The notes: generated by a model from the sequence alone, not told the origin. Shown: positions 1-9,157, counted from the first letter of the stretch. The stretch: 64,000 nt of DNA from Bacteroidota bacterium (GCA_035500675.1 DATJXA010000066.1:1169-65168), one strand, 5' to 3'. Made by a program: numbers and translations.

Positions 1-1215
1 TTCTCCGTCGCTGGGTATGCGTGGATCCTTTGTCTTGCGCTCTCAGTCATGGTCATTCCGGCGAACCTCGACCGCATTGCCTTCCCCGTCTCGATATGGC
101 TCCCATGGATACTGTTTGTCGTCATCGAAGGATACATGTCCGACTATGTGAACTTGCAGCGGTCAACGATGCTTCTGTGCCCTATCATCGTCGGCATGGC
201 TGCCTCTACGGGCAGGATTGACGAGACACAATTGTTCAACTTTTCGCTTTTGATGAAGGTCTTTGCGCTGGCCCTCCTCATCCTCACCTCGCTGCTTACC
301 GGCCTTCTTGTGACGGGAAAATTACCGGGTGCAACCGGATTAGCGCCTCAGGCGATCACGGCGACCATTCTTGCATCGTTTTTCGCATCTGGGTATTCCT
401 TCGGCCGGGTGAACGACCTGTTCTGGTGGAGCGCCATCGTGTTGTTGCCCGTCGTCGCACTCACGAGGATGGCTATTTTCGTTTCGGGGCTCTCACTGCC
501 GGCAACTTTTGCGCCCATGAAGTTTCCGACACGAGCTACCTTATTGGTCGTGGTGATGTTGTTAGGCGTGGGCCTTTTCTATACATCGCGCGTCCAGGGA
601 AAAATGTTTATGTCGGGGCAAGGGACAATCGAAGATATCGGCAACGAAGAGGATCTCGCCACGAGCGGCCGCCGTCATATGGCAGAGGTTCTTGTGGAAC
701 AAATATCTGAAAAACCTATCTGGGGGTATGGGGCAAATGCATCCGAAGATTTGATTTTAAAATTGACTGAAGGGACTTTGACCCATCCTCATGACGATTG
801 GTTGAGGTTTATGTACGATTACGGGGCGGTCGGAACGGTATTGTTTTTTTTCACTCTCGTTATTCAGGTCCGTCATTTGTTAAAAAAGGCGCACCGGACC
901 GAGGGGGAGATACGCACCTTCTTTTTTGCAGCGGCATCGACATTTCTGCCGTTTGCTCTCATTATGTTTACGGACAACATCGTTCTTTACGCGGCGTTCT
1001 TTGGAAATTTGCAGTTTACGATCATCGGACTTGCGTACGCTGCGGAAAAGCGTTCCCGCCTCGAGAAAGTGTATTACGAAGACGACGAATTTTACGAGAA
1101 CCAGTATAGAAGAACGTCCCGCTCGCTGGTTTATCGGGAAGACGAAGGGAGTGGAAACGACGACACCGATCCGACAAGCAAGAGCCCTGAACCACCCGAG
1201 GATCAAAGCCGTTAG
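1..1215 (+). CDS. O-antigen ligase / Wzy-type polymerase family polytopic membrane protein (5' end probably cut by the window edge)
   Basis: Frame 1 is open from nt 1, with no stop before the first ATG at 49, so the CDS is likely partial. It has many hydrophobic segments. It carries a Wzy_C-like signature 'SGRRHMAEVLVEQISEKPIWGYGANAS...LTHPHDDWLRFMYDYGAVG'. It ends in a 50-aa acidic, Tyr-rich tail. Confidence 0.7.
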   Translation, partial: FSVAGYAWILCLALSVMVIPANLDRIAFPVSIWLPWILFVVIEGYMSDYVNLQRSTMLLCPIIVGMAASTGRIDETQLFNFSLLMKVFALALLILTSLLTGLLVTGKLPGATGLAPQAITATILASFFASGYSFGRVNDLFWWSAIVLLPVVALTRMAIFVSGLSLPATFAPMKFPTRATLLVVVMLLGVGLFYTSRVQGKMFMSGQGTIEDIGNEEDLATSGRRHMAEVLVEQISEKPIWGYGANASEDLILKLTEGTLTHPHDDWLRFMYDYGAVGTVLFFFTLVIQVRHLLKKAHRTEGEIRTFFFAAASTFLPFALIMFTDNIVLYAAFFGNLQFTIIGLAYAAEKRSRLEKVYYEDDEFYENQYRRTSRSLVYREDEGSGNDDTDPTSKSPEPPEDQSR

Positions 1216-1239
1216 ACGGTGGCACGAAATGACAACGCC

Positions 1240-3579
1240 ATGAAAAAAGTAATCTACTTTACTTCGTCTTATCGAATCGGATTGACCGCGTTGCTCACGG
1301 AACAAGCGTGCGCCCTCGTCAAACAAGCACCGGGCCGGTTCTTGTTTGTCTCTGGGGAGAATGAACAACTCCCGGGACTTCACGACAGGCTCTTTAACGT
1401 CGGAGCCCGTGCCGCAATTTTGCATGGTCTCGACGACCATCTCCATTTTTTCGAGCTCGTGCGGAGCTTCTATATGCTCTCGAAAGAGTTCCAGCCCGGT
1501 CTTGTCCACGTGCAAACAAACTGGCAGCTTGCGATCGCAGTCTGCGTAAAATATTGGTACCGCCAGCCCTATTCGCTGGCGTATACTCTTCACGGATACC
1601 GGCATAACTTTGCGTTCCGGTCTGTGTTTGCACGATACCTCATAGGCCTCAGTCTGTCGCTTTTCGTCGATAAAGTGTACATGAGCTCGACTTTTTTGAA
1701 AGACAGGTTCAAAATTTTGCGAAAGAAAACGGAGATCCTTTTCCTCGGCGTCGACGAAGCATATTTCAACTGTATGACGCCCCTCCCTCCGCTGGATGAA
1801 AAGGGGGTTATTTTTCCCGGCGAATTCCGAGCGGGAAAAAACCAGGAGATGCTGATTCATGCAGTTTCAAAATATATTGAACAGACACATGATACTTCGC
1901 TCAAACTCTATCTTCCGGGTGCCGGGAAAAAGCTAGAATCGTGTAAAGTGCTTGCACGAAAGCTGGGAATCGAAGGAAACGTCGTTTTTCCAGGCTTTGT
2001 CGACAGGGACCAGATCCTTGCGTTGTACCAGCGATGTCATTGTGCCGTTGTGCCGACCAACATTGAAACGTTCGGCCTTTCGATCGTCGAACCCTTCGTC
2101 CTCGGGAGAGTAGTGATCTCCAGACGGGTGGGAATCGCCGGTGATTTGCTTATTGATGGCTACAACGGTTTTCTGTTCGACACGGAAACCCAGCTCATCG
2201 AAGCGTTGCGTACTGCGTTCACCAATGAACACTTGCTGCGTCAAGTAACGGACAGAACGCGCGAAGAAAGAAATCTCTTCCGGTGGCAGAATATTACGCA
2301 GCAATATTTACGGAGCGTCGATGAAACTCTCGAAGGCGGGGCGCACCAGACATCGTCCATAGCAACCCGTTCGCAGCGCGTGATGATCATGTGGACAAAC
2401 TTTTTGCCGTATCACATCGCCCGAATTGAACATCTCAAGAAACGGTTGGATCAAATTGGGTGTACATTATCGGCGGTGGAAGTCGCTTCGAGCGACGGGT
2501 TGTATCCTTTTTCTGAAGCCTCGACAGGAAACACCATCGATTACATATCTTGCTTTACGCATACGTCATATCGGAAATTGCAGGCCCGCCAAATATATGA
2601 TAGAGTGTACAGCTTGCTTAATCATATTAAACCAGACGTCATTTTTGCTCCGGCAACGCCCTTCCCGTCCGGAATGGCCGCGGCGAAGTACAGAGTTGAA
2701 AGCCGAACGCGGTCTATTTTAATGGATGATGCATGGGATCGATCCGATCGCCGAGGCGGATTTGTCAAATGGGTGAAGAAGAACATCCACCAGAATATCG
2801 ACGGCGCGTTCATCCCGGCCCCATCACACGAATTGTATTTCAATCGACTCGGATTTCAACAGGACAGACTTGTCTTCGGCGTCGACGTCGTCGATAACTC
2901 ATTCTTCTCATCGCACGCAGCTTCGGCACGAGCTAAGGGCAACGCTCTCCGAAAACGCCTCGACCTTCCCGCTAACTATTTCCTTTTTGTGGGCCGCCTT
3001 CTTCCAATCAAGGGTATCGCAACCCTGTTGCAGGGCTACAGACGGTATCGAAAAAATACTCAATCGAAACCGTGGTCACTAGTGATTGTCGGCGACGGCG
3101 AGGAGATGCGGAAGATAGAACAGGAGGCGAAGAGCACGCCGGGAATTATAGCCGCAGGAACAAAAACGGGGGAAGAGTTGTGTCAATACTATGGGCTCGC
3201 GTCGGCGCTTGTCATGCCGAGCGAAACGGAAACATGGGGATTGGTTGTCAACGAGGCGATGGCTTCAGGATTACCGGTTCTTGTCAGCACGGGATGCGGA
3301 TGCGCATCGACGTTGGTTGAAGAAGGAAAGAACGGATGGACCTTCGAAGCCGGCGATGCAGATATGCTTGCCGAAGTAATGAAACGTTGCGCGGCTTTAC
3401 GCCCATCTGCGCTCGAAGCGATGGGAGAGCAATCGTCCCAGCGCATTGGCGCATGGTCGCTGGATACTTTTGCCGACGGCGTTATTGCCGCCCTGCGAAT
3501 TCCGCGCCGGCAGGAGGCAAGCATTGTCGCGAACATCTTAACAAATTTTTGGACGGGGCGCATCAGTCTCTATCCGTAA
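1240..3579 (+). CDS. Tandem fusion of two GT4-type (family 1 fold) glycosyltransferase modules
   Basis: ATG at 1240 (MKKVIYFTSS); an alternative GTG lies at 1219. Each half has a retaining-GT4 E-x7-E motif: 'ETFGLSIVEPFVLGRVVISRRVGIAGDLLIDGYNGFLF' and 'ETWGLVVNEAMASGLPVLVSTGCGCASTLVEEGKNGWTF'. The gene starts 25 nt after the upstream stop. Confidence 0.8.
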   Translation: MKKVIYFTSSYRIGLTALLTEQACALVKQAPGRFLFVSGENEQLPGLHDRLFNVGARAAILHGLDDHLHFFELVRSFYMLSKEFQPGLVHVQTNWQLAIAVCVKYWYRQPYSLAYTLHGYRHNFAFRSVFARYLIGLSLSLFVDKVYMSSTFLKDRFKILRKKTEILFLGVDEAYFNCMTPLPPLDEKGVIFPGEFRAGKNQEMLIHAVSKYIEQTHDTSLKLYLPGAGKKLESCKVLARKLGIEGNVVFPGFVDRDQILALYQRCHCAVVPTNIETFGLSIVEPFVLGRVVISRRVGIAGDLLIDGYNGFLFDTETQLIEALRTAFTNEHLLRQVTDRTREERNLFRWQNITQQYLRSVDETLEGGAHQTSSIATRSQRVMIMWTNFLPYHIARIEHLKKRLDQIGCTLSAVEVASSDGLYPFSEASTGNTIDYISCFTHTSYRKLQARQIYDRVYSLLNHIKPDVIFAPATPFPSGMAAAKYRVESRTRSILMDDAWDRSDRRGGFVKWVKKNIHQNIDGAFIPAPSHELYFNRLGFQQDRLVFGVDVVDNSFFSSHAASARAKGNALRKRLDLPANYFLFVGRLLPIKGIATLLQGYRRYRKNTQSKPWSLVIVGDGEEMRKIEQEAKSTPGIIAAGTKTGEELCQYYGLASALVMPSETETWGLVVNEAMASGLPVLVSTGCGCASTLVEEGKNGWTFEAGDADMLAEVMKRCAALRPSALEAMGEQSSQRIGAWSLDTFADGVIAALRIPRRQEASIVANILTNFWTGRISLYP

Positions 3580-3741
3580 TGCGCGTTGGGGTCAGCTGAC
3601 TGATTGCGATGGTCTGTTCATGGCGGCATTTTGCTGTGAATGCCTCACATTTTCAAAAAATACGTGCGTTTTTGTATCAGTCCGATCGGCCTGTATTCCT
3701 AAAATCATGATTCTTTCAACGATCAAACATGAGTTGAAACG

Positions 3742-6084
3742 ATGAAACGACGACGATCATCTTCGCGACAAAGCGCAGCAAATTTTTCTCTCTTCACGGT
3801 CTCGCTCCTTTTTACCGCGGTGGTCGGAGTGTTGTTCTATTTCTTTTACGAAGAGAGCATCTCATTAGAACTCGAGAAAAATAGTCACGACGTCGACGTT
3901 CTCAGATCGTCGTTACAAGCAACTCTCAACGCAAACGAGAGATTTTTTCTCGCGGCATCGCATGAAGACATCGCTGCTGCTGCCGTCAAACAGGAATGTC
4001 AGGAGTACCTTCGCCTCCATCGTGAAATTGCGAGGGCTTCGGTGAAGGAGAACGGGGTTGTCGAATGGGCCCTCAGCAGAGATTCGTCCCTCGACATATA
4101 TCTTCAACTGCATTCTCGATCCGGTGCCTTCCTTTCGTTTCCCGAGACATGGAGAAGCGTTTCTTATTCGAAGCCATTTCCCGTCGGCACATCATATTAT
4201 TTTTCGGCTAGCTTTCCGGGCAGCGCGAACTCTCGCGATACCCTGACCATCGTCTATTCCGCGGAAGAATTCCTGAAGGGGATTCTATTGTCTCATCCCA
4301 TGGAAAATGGAGAGGTCTCCTTGTTCTCCGGCATCGGAGAAAGCATTGCGTCAACTGGATTTTCCAATGCTCCTTCGTATTTCCGCATACAGCGCGCGGT
4401 GCAAGGGTACGAACAACTGCTGAGCGTGGATATTGCCGACACACGGTTCTCATTCTGGACGCCGAGTATGATCGTCGGCGCCTCGATCTGCGCCCTCCTC
4501 ATCGTTGCTCTTTTTGCTCTTCTCTTTGCCCTTCAGAGGGATGTCAAAAAGCTTCGGTCGGCTCAATCGTCGTTGCGAAGCAGCGAAGAACGTTTTCGCA
4601 CGATCTTCGAGGGTTCTGCAGACGGCATACGGTTGATGGATCGTTACGGACGAACGGTCATGGTCAATTCGGCATACTGCGACCTCGTGAAAACATCGAG
4701 CGAGGAATTGCTCCGCGAATATAACGACGGCAATGAAAACCTCGAGGCGCGGTATGCGTCGAACTCGGCGTTTCGCTCCCAGTTCGATGCGGGCACGTTG
4801 AAGATGCCGGCAACGCAGACCATGAAACGGCGCGGCGGTGAAGAGATCCCCGTAGAGGTAAGCCATTCATTCATCGATGTCGGCGGCGGGGAGAAACTTC
4901 TCCTCAGTATCTTCCGCGACGTCAGCGAAAAGAGAAAGCTTGAGATGGATGCCTTGCAGGTGCAAAAAATGGACGCCCTCGGCGAGTTCGCCGTCGGCAT
5001 CGGCAACAGCCTTAAGAACGTCTCCGGCATCATCTTAAACTCCGCCGAGATGATCGGGAAGGAAAGTTCGTACGATGCGCGTCTTTCGCATTACGTCGCG
5101 ATGGTCGTGGCCGAATCTAAACGCACATCCGAGCTGGCCGACGATCTCCTGATCTTTGCGAGGTCGAAGGTGACGGAACACAAACCGATCGTCGCCGAAA
5201 GGATGATCTCGCAGGCGCAAAAGATCCTCGAACATTCTCTCCCGCCGTCGTGCCGCCTTTCGGTAGTGTCCGGAGATAATTTCGCGACGGTGAACGGCGA
5301 CGTGCATCAGCTCCATCAAGCCATCGTCAACATCGCTCTTACGGCTCAGCAGCGTATGCCGGACGGCGGCGAGATCAAGATCGAAAGCTCCATCGCCGAC
5401 CCGGAAACCGTGAAGCGCCGGTCCCCCCTCCTCGAGGGAAAGGAATTGCTTGCGATCACCATTTCCGATAACGGAAAAGAATTGGACGAGTACAGCCAGC
5501 GCCGCATCTTTGAGCCGTACTTCAACGCACGCTCGACGGACCAAAGCTCAGGGCTTCGACTATCCGTAGCCTACGGGATCGTCCAGCGTCATTCAGGGTT
5601 TGTCGACGTCAAAAGCAAAAAAGGAACCGGCACGTCGATAACGATCTTTCTTCCTGTGATAGGACACGAGAAACCGGAAGCCGTAAAGGGAGAGACACAA
5701 GCGGCCGAAGGAGGGAACGAATGTCTTCTCATCGTCGACGACGAAGAATCGTTCCGCGAGTTGTATGAACAAGGCCTTGTTTCTGTCGGCTATAAAGTCT
5801 ATACTGCTCAGGACGGGGAGCGGGCGTTTACGGTGTATCAGGAACATCGCGCCGAGATCGATCTGGTCGTCACCGACCTCATGATGCCAAAAGTGAACGG
5901 CGAGGAATTGATCACCAAAATTTTGTCCCTCAATCCAGCTGCGAAAACAATTCTTGTGACCGGTGCAATCGACCTTAAAGCGAAAGCAGAATTCCTTAAA
6001 CTGGGAATCCGTGACATTATCATGAAACCGTTTCTTTTCGACGAACTTATGGCCTCCGTAAGAAAAGTCCTTGACACCCAATAA
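3742..6084 (+). CDS. Hybrid sensor histidine-kinase-like protein (2 TM + extracytoplasmic domain, PAS, degenerate HisKA/HATPase_c, C-terminal receiver)
   Basis: TM segments lie around aa 17-35 and aa 243-264. PAS-like 'SEERFRTIFEGSADGIRLMDRYGRTVMVNSAYCDLV'. The kinase core spans aa ~405-640. Receiver: 'CLLIVDDEES...DLVVTDLMMPKVNGEEL...TILVTG...IIMKPF'. Confidence 0.85.
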   Translation: MKRRRSSSRQSAANFSLFTVSLLFTAVVGVLFYFFYEESISLELEKNSHDVDVLRSSLQATLNANERFFLAASHEDIAAAAVKQECQEYLRLHREIARASVKENGVVEWALSRDSSLDIYLQLHSRSGAFLSFPETWRSVSYSKPFPVGTSYYFSASFPGSANSRDTLTIVYSAEEFLKGILLSHPMENGEVSLFSGIGESIASTGFSNAPSYFRIQRAVQGYEQLLSVDIADTRFSFWTPSMIVGASICALLIVALFALLFALQRDVKKLRSAQSSLRSSEERFRTIFEGSADGIRLMDRYGRTVMVNSAYCDLVKTSSEELLREYNDGNENLEARYASNSAFRSQFDAGTLKMPATQTMKRRGGEEIPVEVSHSFIDVGGGEKLLLSIFRDVSEKRKLEMDALQVQKMDALGEFAVGIGNSLKNVSGIILNSAEMIGKESSYDARLSHYVAMVVAESKRTSELADDLLIFARSKVTEHKPIVAERMISQAQKILEHSLPPSCRLSVVSGDNFATVNGDVHQLHQAIVNIALTAQQRMPDGGEIKIESSIADPETVKRRSPLLEGKELLAITISDNGKELDEYSQRRIFEPYFNARSTDQSSGLRLSVAYGIVQRHSGFVDVKSKKGTGTSITIFLPVIGHEKPEAVKGETQAAEGGNECLLIVDDEESFRELYEQGLVSVGYKVYTAQDGERAFTVYQEHRAEIDLVVTDLMMPKVNGEELITKILSLNPAAKTILVTGAIDLKAKAEFLKLGIRDIIMKPFLFDELMASVRKVLDTQ

Positions 6085-6591
6085 ATGAATATCCTTTTCG
6101 TTTGTACTGCGAATATTACGCGTAGCGCAATGAGCGCGGCAATTCTGAAGAATATGGTCGCCGCGAACGGGGTGCAGGATCTTTTTGTCGTCGATTCTGC
6201 GGGAACGGAGGCGCTGTGGGAAATGCCGCCGGACGAGACGACCATTGCTGTGTGCAAAAACCATGGCATCGATATTTCCATGCACCGGGGCCAGCAGGTG
6301 ACGCATTCGATGGTCAACGATGCGTCGCTGATTCTTTGCATGGCCGAACCGCATATGAGAATTATCAGAGGAATTTTTCCCCAATGGGAAAGGAAAATTC
6401 TGCTGTTAAAAGAATTTGGCCTCGAGGAGCCCGTCAGCAACCCGTCGGTCAGCGACCCGACCGGAAGCTCAAAAAGAAAATACGAGAAGTGCTTTCTAGA
6501 AATCGAAACGGAAATTAAAAGAATTTATCCTCTTCTTGTGGAGTTGGGACAGTGGGAGAAGGAAAAACAAGAGATAGGAGAGAAGAGCTAA
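6085..6591 (+). CDS. Low-molecular-weight protein-tyrosine phosphatase (LMW-PTP / Wzb-like; ArsC-type fold)
   Basis: N-terminal P-loop 'MNILFVCTANITRSAM' (C-x5-R-S) and a downstream 'SDP' Asp-Pro motif. 168 aa. The ATG follows directly after the TAA of the upstream kinase gene (taaATG). Confidence 0.8.
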   Translation: MNILFVCTANITRSAMSAAILKNMVAANGVQDLFVVDSAGTEALWEMPPDETTIAVCKNHGIDISMHRGQQVTHSMVNDASLILCMAEPHMRIIRGIFPQWERKILLLKEFGLEEPVSNPSVSDPTGSSKRKYEKCFLEIETEIKRIYPLLVELGQWEKEKQEIGEKS

Positions 6592-6690
6592 GAGAAAATG
6601 AGAAAGACTTGTTTTTAATCAACGATGCCTTCCGCTCGTCTCTCTTTTTTCTTGATCTCTTGATTTTTTCCCGCAACTCATCATCCAAAT

Positions 6691-7626
6691 ATGTATATTC
6701 GGTGTACAATACCTGAGGGCGGTATGGCGCACCAGAATGACCATGTGTGGGGAATTATCCTAGCTGCAGGCGACGGCGTAAGACTCAAACCGTATATCCA
6801 ATCCCGTTTCAATTCCGATTGTCCAAAACAATTTTGTGTGTTCACCGGAACACGATCGATGCTTGCGCATACGATCGCTCGCGTTACCCGGTATATTCCG
6901 ATCGAACGAACGGTCGTCACCATCACCGAAGCCCATGGCGTCTACGCTCGCAAGGATCTTGAGCACGTAGACAACCGGAATATTATCACACAGCCAAGCA
7001 ATAAAGAGACGAGCGCAAGCATCCTTCTCCCCCTCCTCCACATCATGCGGCGCGACCCGGACGCCATCGTCGTTATTTTTCCGTCGGATCATTATATCCG
7101 GGAAGAGGAACGATTCATGGAGTATGTCCGCGCAGGGACAGAATTTGTCGAGCACCATTCCAAGTATTTGCTCCTCCTGGGTATAGAATCCGAATCCTTG
7201 CTCCAGGACTATGGCTGGATTGAGACAAGCATGAAGATCGCAGATATCAGAGGAAGCGAAATTCTCCGCGTCAAGCGCTTCATGGAAAAGCCCGATGCAA
7301 AGAAGGCGTTCACCGTGCAACGGAACCGGACGCTCTGCAACACGATGGTCTTCATCAGTCTCGCCTCCTCCATGTTGAGAAAATTTCGTCTTATGACCCC
7401 GGCGGTCTTTCATGCGTTCAAAAAAATAGACGAAGCGATTTCTTCTCCCCATGAAGAAGAAATTGTCCATGAGGTCTATTCTGTCCTGACGCCGGTCGAT
7501 TTTTCCAAAGCGATATTGGGTCATGACCCTCGCGGCCTCGCAGTGATTCGGATACAAGACGTGTACTGGAACGATTGGGGAGATGAAACACGCATCCGAA
7601 CAGATCTCGAGCGTATGAAGAAATGA
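6691..7626 (+). CDS. Sugar-phosphate nucleotidyltransferase (mannose-1-phosphate guanylyltransferase-like)
   Basis: 'WGIILAAGDGVRLKP' (G-x-G-x-R-L NTP-transferase loop) and 'VVIFPSDHYI' (ManC-like 'P.DH'). An alternative start is at 6724 (MAHQNDHVWG). Confidence 0.75.
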   Translation: MYIRCTIPEGGMAHQNDHVWGIILAAGDGVRLKPYIQSRFNSDCPKQFCVFTGTRSMLAHTIARVTRYIPIERTVVTITEAHGVYARKDLEHVDNRNIITQPSNKETSASILLPLLHIMRRDPDAIVVIFPSDHYIREEERFMEYVRAGTEFVEHHSKYLLLLGIESESLLQDYGWIETSMKIADIRGSEILRVKRFMEKPDAKKAFTVQRNRTLCNTMVFISLASSMLRKFRLMTPAVFHAFKKIDEAISSPHEEEIVHEVYSVLTPVDFSKAILGHDPRGLAVIRIQDVYWNDWGDETRIRTDLERMKK

Positions 7627-7998
7627 ATTCAAAACGATCAGAAATCCTCCGAAAAGCGTTACCCCCATTTTCTGTCTTACAGTTCGCCCTCGATCAGCCT
7701 CTCCAGTGAACACGGTAGGGTGTTCACCTCAGCTAGGATAAGGTTCCCACTCTATTTACACACACCGTAGAATTTCTTACATAAATGTACGGTCAAAAAC
7801 AATCGGGCCTTTGCCGAGCACCCGAAGAGTGTCGCAAAATTCCTTTAATTTCCTCGATCACGATGCGCGATTCACTCTGCAAAGAGCATATTCTAAATTG
7901 CAGACGATTTTAGAATTATTCCCGACCCCTATAAGCTGCTCTTTTAGGTTGGTCGGTTTGGTTTATTGTTCATCGAAGATGACTGTAGGAATAGCATA

Positions 7999-8442
7999 AT
8001 GGGCTGGAAACAGGAGCAACGAGAGAGGATTCTTGACAAAGCGGCGACCGTAACTGAAGCCCGTATCCGGAAGCGGAACAAAAGCCTTGTAAAGATGATC
8101 ATTGCAACGGCCATTCTCGGGACGGCAGTGATCCTTATCGATAACGCGACCCGAAGTAAGGGGGCTCTTTTGCCGATCGATTTCACAAATCAACCGTCCA
8201 CGGTTTCCACATGGAAACGCATGGGGTTTATAAAGTCGATCGTCGATACAAGCTCTTCGGTGGTCGTCGATGAAACATTGTGGGAAAACATGTCCCATGG
8301 AGAACGGCAAGCCGTCGTCATGCTGCTGGCGTCATACTGCGCAACAGAAAATCACAGGAGCGATTACCGCCTGACCATTAACGGCCATTTGTCGCACACA
8401 GTGCTTGCCAGTGTTGACGATAAAAGAGTGGTAGTGAAATAG
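7999..8442 (+). CDS. Hypothetical single-pass membrane protein
   Basis: ATG at 7999 (MGWKQEQ...); the track ORF starts at a TTG at 7966. It has one hydrophobic helix, 'MIIATAILGTAVILI'. I recognised no family motif. Confidence 0.4.
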   Translation: MGWKQEQRERILDKAATVTEARIRKRNKSLVKMIIATAILGTAVILIDNATRSKGALLPIDFTNQPSTVSTWKRMGFIKSIVDTSSSVVVDETLWENMSHGERQAVVMLLASYCATENHRSDYRLTINGHLSHTVLASVDDKRVVVK

Positions 8443-8481
8443 CGGACCGATGTAGAACATACGCAGAAAGGAAAATGAGGC

Positions 8482-8871
8482 ATGGGTCAACAGCAAATGC
8501 TTTTGATGATCCTCGGTTCTATCGTTGTGAGCATGGCTGTGTACACGGGAGTGCGCCTTTTCGAGGTCCACAATCAAGAGCAGAATAGAGATCGCATTCA
8601 AACCGAATTGATGCATATCTATGTCATCGCATCGGAATATAAAATGAAACCGAAAAGCCTTGGGGGTGGAGGCGGTTCCTATAACGGATTTGAACTCCCC
8701 AACGCCTTCGTCATAGAACCCGATGTGTGGTATTGGATCGGCCCCTCGGATCAAACGCTGTCGATGTTCGCGTACGGGACGGTGATAGGAAATGATGGTG
8801 CAAATCCTGTCAGGGTCACGTTCGTTGCTCCGTACGGGAGTCAGAAGTATCAATTTGCCGTTGCAAACTGA
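8482..8871 (+). CDS. Hypothetical small protein with N-terminal hydrophobic anchor/signal
   Basis: The ATG is preceded by 'gaaaggaaaatgagg'. The N-terminus 'MLLMILGSIVVSMAVYTGV' is followed by a Gly run. No prepilin 'G/FTLIE' motif and no recognised family. Confidence 0.45.
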   Translation: MGQQQMLLMILGSIVVSMAVYTGVRLFEVHNQEQNRDRIQTELMHIYVIASEYKMKPKSLGGGGGSYNGFELPNAFVIEPDVWYWIGPSDQTLSMFAYGTVIGNDGANPVRVTFVAPYGSQKYQFAVAN

Positions 8872-8918
8872 ACGGCGATTTAAGCACCCACCATCAAGCC
8901 TGTCTCAAAAAGGACTGC

Positions 8919-9113
8919 TTACTTCACAAGAGTCATCATTTTAACTAGTGAACCAGCCGCGGACGATAGCCTATAGATGAACACGCCGCTAGAATACCTC
9001 GATCCATCGAACCGAACCGAATAAACTCCCGCCGGCTTTGTTGCATCGACGATCGAACCCAGCCTTCCGAGGGACTTCTGCTCACCATCGGTGAAGAAGC
9101 TAATATCGACCTC
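8919..9113 (-). pseudogene. Orphan remnant of a T9SS C-terminal sorting domain (no start codon, no N-terminal cargo)
   Basis: My minus-strand translation is 'VDISFFTDGEQKSLGRLGSIVDATKPAGVYSVRFDGSRYSSGVFIYRLSSAAGSLVKMMTLVK*'. It aligns with the C-terminus of the 55905-57584 protein, '...AAGTHEVTFDASKLSSGVYIYRLSSGSTFASKKMMLLK*'. There is no in-frame start and the usual 'NPFNPST' head is missing. Confidence 0.6.
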
Positions 9114-9118
9114 ATGGT

Positions 9119-9157
9119 ATAAAAAATGCCTCCCGCCGATATGGCACGGGAGGCATT
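9119..9157 (-). terminator. Rho-independent terminator of the LysM gene
   Basis: An 11-bp perfect stem, AATGCCTCCCG (9125-9135) / CGGGAGGCATT (9147-9157), with an 11-nt loop. On the minus strand it is followed by TTTTTTAT. It lies 35 nt after the TAG at 9192-9194. Confidence 0.7.

Noticed and set aside
7627-7965. Possible ncRNA or tRNA in the 340-bp spacer after the nucleotidyltransferase gene, which contains an 8-bp hairpin GTGAACAC/GTGTTCAC at 7706-7727.
   Set aside because: I could find no tRNA cloverleaf (no GTTCGAATC-like T-arm) and no recognisable riboswitch or RNase P/SRP/tmRNA motifs. A single short hairpin is not enough evidence.
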